DNA of 17,592 nt. It comes from Eledone cirrhosa (Eukaryota). The stretch covers positions 1 to 17,592 of the forward strand of contig CAXHJY010000438.1 of assembly GCA_964016885.1 (NCBI GenBank), in the 5' to 3' direction. Positions 13,001 to 17,592 of the stretch are shown one piece after another. The translations under genes and the position numbers were made by a program. The number at the start of each line of letters is the position of its first letter. Within the stretch, counting starts at the first letter, position 1. The notes under the pieces were generated by a model. That model was given only the letters and a program-made list of their open reading frames with translations, did not search any database and was not told where the DNA came from.

Positions 13001-13077
13001 ACTCACCTGGAGTGCTCGAACGAGCTCACCTGGAGTGCTCTGGAAAAATAAATTTCCCCTTCTTTCAGTAAATGAAA

Positions 13078-13153
13078 ATACTCGGCGTGGCTTAATTCGC
13101 CATGGGGCCCGGGGCATACTCGGCGTGGCTTAATTCGCCATGGGGCCCGGGGC
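13078..13153. repeat. Perfect 38-bp tandem duplication
   Basis: ATACTCGGCGTGGCTTAATTCGCCATGGGGCCCGGGGC at 13078-13115 and 13116-13153. Confidence 0.97.
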
Positions 13154-13857
13154 GCGGCCGTTGTTTTAACCGCCAAATAGTACCTTTAAATTACAGAACA
13201 AATCGGAACTATTATATAATTAATTGTTAAACTGTTGAACTTTAAATTTTCTAACCTCTTTAATATTGAATATTGATTATTAATTTTTTTAACTTCATCC
13301 TAGAAGTCTAAACACTGTAAAACACTGACTCCCAATATATTCATCTCCGCTAAGATGCGGGTCCCTGTGAAAATTTTCTCGCGCCACTCCTGGCTTGACT
13401 GTGGTCTGACATTAATATCGACCTTTCTTCCTCTTCCTTTCTATCTTCCTTCTTGTAGCCATCAACCCTTACTTTTCTACTTCTCTCTTCCCTTTCTTCT
13501 CTCCTCTCCTCCTCCCGCAGACTTATCTTCCTTCCCCCTCTTGCTTGCCTATATCTGACCAGTAGTAGTTACCTCCTCTTTTAGCTGACATTAACCCTGA
13601 CTTCTCTTCTTCTTTCTTCCGCCTTCTTCTCCTTCCTTTCTTTCTTTCTTTTACCTTGTGTCATGGGATCGACGTTAACCTATGCTCCCATCTCTTTCTG
13701 TTTTCGTTCATCTGACCGGTAGTAGCATACTATAAAATTTAGCCACGTCACTCCAGGGCGACCGGCTGAGGTGGAAGGAACAGAATAGCGGTCGCCCTCG
13801 GGTCTCGATTTTCAACCCCATGGATTTTACCTATTACATTCACGTATTATATTTCGA

Positions 13858-13915
13858 ATACCTGATGATATCACCGGATTCATACGGAACCCGGTCATTA
13901 AAATGATCATAGTAT
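13858..13915 (+). ncRNA. Degenerate minimal hammerhead motif (AAAA in place of GAAA)
   Basis: Stem I AUAC/GUAU; CUGAUGA 13862-13868; stem II ACCGGAUUC/GAACCCGGU; AAAA 13900-13903; palindromic AUGAUCAU stem III; AUA triplet. Confidence 0.55.
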
Positions 13916-14110
13916 AATAAACCTTTCAAGGATTTACACAAATCCATCCTCCTGTCATTTCATTATAATATTTAACTCCGTAATAGCACCACCAACTACA
14001 AAAACAAAGACGGTTGAACTGCTTTACGTTGAGTACTCTCTATATTATTGCATTACGATTGACCATACGGAATAGACCAGCTCTATACAGTGGTGAACCT
14101 CAAACCTGAA

Positions 14111-14138
14111 TATATACATATATATATATATATATATA

Positions 14139-14231
<93 letters not shown>

Positions 14232-14248
14232 ATATATATATATATATA

Positions 14249-14333
<85 letters not shown>

Positions 14334-14345
14334 ATATATATACAT

Positions 14346-14389
<44 letters not shown>

Positions 14390-14396
14390 GAATATA

Positions 14397-14486
<90 letters not shown>

Positions 14487-14491
14487 CATAT
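14111..14491. repeat. (TA)n array with TACA interruptions
   Basis: Seen directly. Confidence 0.98.
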
Positions 14492-14748
14492 TAGTTTTGC
14501 GAGGTTTTTATATGAAATCGTGTGTCGAAACAGATATTGTTATATTTGGGGAGGGTCATATTTGCGTAATATTGCCAGAATTAATAACAGAACACACTCA
14601 CTGTTTGGTTGGTTTTCGCTTCTCGCTGTCTTTTATATATATATATCTGCGATCTAACTTACTCGGTCCTCAATGTTGCCATTGATGACTGACCGGCGGT
14701 CAAAAATAATACAGATACAATATAGACAAACACATATATATATAGTTT

Positions 14749-14789
14749 ACATAAATCTTTCGTTGCACATCTGCAACATCGTCAGTGGT
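14749..14789 (-). ncRNA. Minimal hammerhead-like motif in the pLTR
   Basis: Reverse complement of 16907-16947. Confidence 0.6.
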
Positions 14790-15061
14790 GTTATATTCAT
14801 TGTTCCTCCTGTTGTGTTGTATGTCTACGCCATTTTTTTGTTCAGTCTGTCTATATATTTATTTATTTATTTGCTTGTTTGTTTATCTTATTTTATTTTG
14901 TCTTCTTTGCGCATGCGTTTGCGTGTGTGTATAGTGTTATGTGTGATGTGTGATGTGTGACTAGTGTGTATAGTGTTGTCTGCTGGGTGACTAGTGTGTG
15001 TTTATGTGCTTGTGTATGTATTTATTTATCTTATTTTATTTAATTTAATTTACTTATTTAT

Positions 15062-16063
15062 TTATACTTCTCTTAGGTCAGTGTTGTTTGTTTGGGTGTT
15101 GTTGTTGTTCCACTCATTCTTTCTGTTTAGCTTTGGTCTTCTAATTTCTATTTCACTGGCCTCTCTGATTTGCCTATCTGCTGGGTCATTCCTATGTTTA
15201 GATATTATTCTAATTTCTATGTTGTCTATGTTACCGTCATGATGTTGTCTAGCATGTTCGTATAGTACTGACCCGTTTTTTCGTCCTTTTAGTTCCCCCC
15301 AGTGTTGGTCTATCCTTTCACCTATGCTACGAGCTGTCTCACCTATGTATGTTGTTGTCGTGTTTCTGCAAGTACCCTCTGTACATCTTATGCTATAGAC
15401 TACGTTTCTAGTTTTACAGTTTATCCGGGGGTTCACCTTACATATGATACATTTCCTATTGGTACAGTGGGTTTTCTTAAAAGGGTAGGTTTTGCTGATC
15501 AGGGATTTTATGGTGGTTCCTGGCTTTTCTACCACCTTTATTTTTAAGTGGGTCTTTCTCAGGGCCTTTCTACACTGGTTAGCTAATTTCCCTCCAGGGG
15601 TGGCGTCCACAAACATGACACTCTGATATCTCTGGTTGTCGTACCATGATGTGGCCTTCCCTATCTTATGTCTAGCCCTATCTAAGCTATTCCATGATTT
15701 GCTCCTGTATAGTGGGCAAATTCCTTTCATGTCCAGTTCTATGAGGGTCTTATACTTTTCCATGGCTCCTTCGTATACTCTGACTCTGTCTCTTTGGTTG
15801 TAGCCAGAGAACTGCATGCGGTTGATGAAGTGTTGGATGTGTCCTTCCATTTCTGTTGGGTCGCACATGCTGGACACATTCTTCATCACTCGTACCAAAT
15901 CTGCGATCAGAATATTAAACTTAGCACTACTGGACATTGCTGAGTTTTTGAGTATCAGGTATTTGGAGGCCATGGGTTTAGCATAGTGTGAGTGGAGAAT
16001 TTGGGCTCTCTCGTCTATAGTGTTAATCCAGAGTTCTGTGTCTAATACAGGTAGTCTATTGTT
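15062..16063 (-). CDS. 5'-truncated PLE ORF: end of RT, thumb, Cys linker, GIY-YIG endonuclease (no internal stops)
   Basis: Frame is open from the inversion junction: NNRLPVLDTELW...HYAKPMASKYLILKNSAM...SGY...VMFVDATPGGKLA...CTNRKCIIC...CKTRNVVYSIRC...YIGETARSIGERIDQH...RQIREASEI...LNRKNEW. Confidence 0.92.
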   Translation of the reverse strand, partial: NNRLPVLDTELWINTIDERAQILHSHYAKPMASKYLILKNSAMSSSAKFNILIADLVRVMKNVSSMCDPTEMEGHIQHFINRMQFSGYNQRDRVRVYEGAMEKYKTLIELDMKGICPLYRSKSWNSLDRARHKIGKATSWYDNQRYQSVMFVDATPGGKLANQCRKALRKTHLKIKVVEKPGTTIKSLISKTYPFKKTHCTNRKCIICKVNPRINCKTRNVVYSIRCTEGTCRNTTTTYIGETARSIGERIDQHWGELKGRKNGSVLYEHARQHHDGNIDNIEIRIISKHRNDPADRQIREASEIEIRRPKLNRKNEWNNNNTQTNNTDLREV

Positions 16064-16080
16064 AGAGATATCAGAGTGTC

Positions 16081-16635
16081 ATGTTTGTGGACGCCACCCC
16101 TGGAGGGAAATTAGCTAACCAGTGTAGAAAGGCCCTGAGAAAGACCCACTTAAAAATAAAGGTGGTAGAAAAGCCAGGAACCACCATAAAATCCCTGATC
16201 AGCAAAACCTACCCTTTTAAGAAAACCCACTGTACCAATAGGAAATGTATCATATGTAAGGTGAACCCCCGGATAAACTGTAAAACTAGAAACGTAGTCT
16301 ATAGCATAAGATGTACAGAGGGTACTTGCAGAAACACGACAACAACATACATAGGTGAGACAGCTCGTAGCATAGGTGAAAGGATAGACCAACACTGGGG
16401 GGAACTAAAAGGACGAAAAAACGGGTCAGTACTATACGAACATGCTAGACAACATCATGACGGTAACATAGACAACATAGAAATTAGAATAATATCTAAA
16501 CATAGGAATGACCCAGCAGATAGGCAAATCAGAGAGGCCAGTGAAATAGAAATTAGAAGACCAAAGCTAAACAGAAAGAATGAGTGGAACAACAACAACA
16601 CCCAAACAAACAACACTGACCTAAGAGAAGTATAA
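16081..16635 (+). CDS. Duplicated linker + GIY-YIG endonuclease ORF (184 aa) inside the inverted copy
   Basis: Identical to the last 184 aa of the minus-strand ORF; starts at an internal Met; expression unknown. Confidence 0.7.
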   Translation: MFVDATPGGKLANQCRKALRKTHLKIKVVEKPGTTIKSLISKTYPFKKTHCTNRKCIICKVNPRINCKTRNVVYSIRCTEGTCRNTTTTYIGETARSIGERIDQHWGELKGRKNGSVLYEHARQHHDGNIDNIEIRIISKHRNDPADRQIREASEIEIRRPKLNRKNEWNNNNTQTNNTDLREV

Positions 16636-16906
16636 ATAAATAAGTAAATTAAATTAAATAAAATAAGATAAATAAATACATACACAAGCACATAAACACA
16701 CACTAGTCACCCAGCAGACAACACTATACACACTAGTCACACATCACACATCACACATAACACTATACACACACGCAAACGCATGCGCAAAGAAGACAAA
16801 ATAAAATAAGATAAACAAACAAGCAAATAAATAAATAAATATATAGACAGACTGAACAAAAAATGGCGTAGACATACAACACAACAGGAGGAACAATGAA
16901 TATAAC

Positions 16907-16947
16907 ACCACTGACGATGTTGCAGATGTGCAACGAAAGATTTATGT
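16907..16947 (+). ncRNA. Minimal hammerhead-like motif in the pLTR
   Basis: CUGACGA 16911-16917, extra U, stem II GUUGCA-GAUG-UGCAAC, GAAA 16935-16938, quasi-palindromic AGAUUU, UUA triplet; stem I is weak (2-3 bp). Confidence 0.6.
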
Positions 16948-17159
16948 AAACTATATATATATGTGTTTGTCTATATTGTATCTGTATTATTTTTGACCGC
17001 CGGTCAGTCAATGGCAACATTGAGGACCGAGTAAGTTAGATCGCAGATATATATATATAAAAGACAGCGAGAAGCGAAAACCAACCAAACAGTGAGTGTG
17101 TTCTGTTATTAATTCTGGCAATATTACGCAAATATGACCCTCCCCAAATATAACAATAT

Positions 17160-17181
17160 ATATACATATATATATATATAA

Positions 17182-17228
<47 letters not shown>

Positions 17229-17279
17229 AATATATATACATATACATATATATATATATATATATATACATATATATAC

Positions 17280-17324
<45 letters not shown>

Positions 17325-17381
17325 TATACATATACATATATATATACATATATATATATATAAATATATATATAATATACT

Positions 17382-17413
<32 letters not shown>

Positions 17414-17458
17414 CATATATATACATATATATACATATATATATATATACATATATAT

Positions 17459-17489
<31 letters not shown>

Positions 17490-17592
17490 CATATATATAC
17501 ATATATATATATATATACATATATATACATATATATATATATACATATATATATATACATACATATATATATACATATCTATTATATATATA
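17160..17592. repeat. (TA)n array with TACA interruptions
   Basis: Seen directly. Confidence 0.98.

Larger units (their letters stand above)
13001..14110 (+). mobile_element. Non-coding, probable solo/partial PLE pLTR or non-autonomous PLE derivative
   Basis: 1.1-kb island between (TA)n arrays; TATAAAA at 13731-13737, GC-rich hairpin, degenerate hammerhead 13858-13915, tandem duplications at the left junction; no credible ORF. Identity is inferred. Confidence 0.5.
14492..17159 (-). mobile_element. Second 5'-truncated Penelope-like element (Neptune/Nematis-like linker) with a 1.1-kb inverted duplication
   Basis: Body 14492-16063 on -, inverted copy 16064-17159 on +; RT end, thumb, C-x4-C-x2-C linker and GIY-YIG; flanked by (TA)n. 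Clade is tentative. Confidence 0.93.
16064..17159 (+). repeat. Inverted copy of 14534-15633
   Basis: Translations are identical in the ORF track; I saw only a 3-nt indel (near 14684 vs 17010) and a 1-nt homopolymer indel. Confidence 0.97.

Noticed and set aside
13002-13153. CRISPR-like repeats
   Set aside because: Only two copies each, no spacers of regular length, no cas genes, eukaryotic context.
13180-13290. Remnant of a GIY-YIG C-terminus upstream of the pLTR-like segment
   Set aside because: I could not find a frame with convincing motifs; needs tBLASTx/HMM.
14682-14712. TTGATGA-hairpin-AAAA, a hammerhead look-alike antisense to the second PLE
   Set aside because: Both core boxes deviate, stem I is not evident, the orientation is opposite to the ORF, and the inverted copy lacks 3 nt of the box.
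11978-17576. Ile/Tyr-rich ORFs (also 6829-7155)
   Set aside because: Translations of (TA)n arrays.

Overview
Eukaryotic, AT-rich repeat window with no supportable host gene. The SINE and the LINE tail resemble families I recall from octopus/cephalopods (inference). Long (TA)n arrays are interrupted by four retroelement insertions. (1) 3463-6876: a 5'-truncated, decayed Penelope-like element (PLE) with a Naiad-type CxC-x5-C-x5-C/GIY-YIG region, an inverted pseudo-LTR (pLTR) copy and a nested tRNA-derived SINE with an 18-bp TSD. (2) 7053-11930 (-): an apparently full-length CR1-group (Zenon-like) LINE with an intact APE-RT ORF2 and an ORF1 region combining a Myb/SANT trihelix-like domain with a CCCH finger. 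(3) 13001-14110: a non-coding, pLTR-like segment. (4) 14492-17159: a second, unrelated PLE forming a ~1.1-kb near-perfect inverted repeat. All three PLE-type segments carry minimal type I hammerhead ribozyme motifs. The most interesting signal is in the LINE: ORF2 has no AUG before its first endonuclease motif, lies in the -1 frame of ORF1, and the overlap contains A_AAU_UUU_UUA followed by a possible pseudoknot, suggesting retrovirus-like programmed -1 frameshifting in a non-LTR element. All alignments and folds were done by eye.
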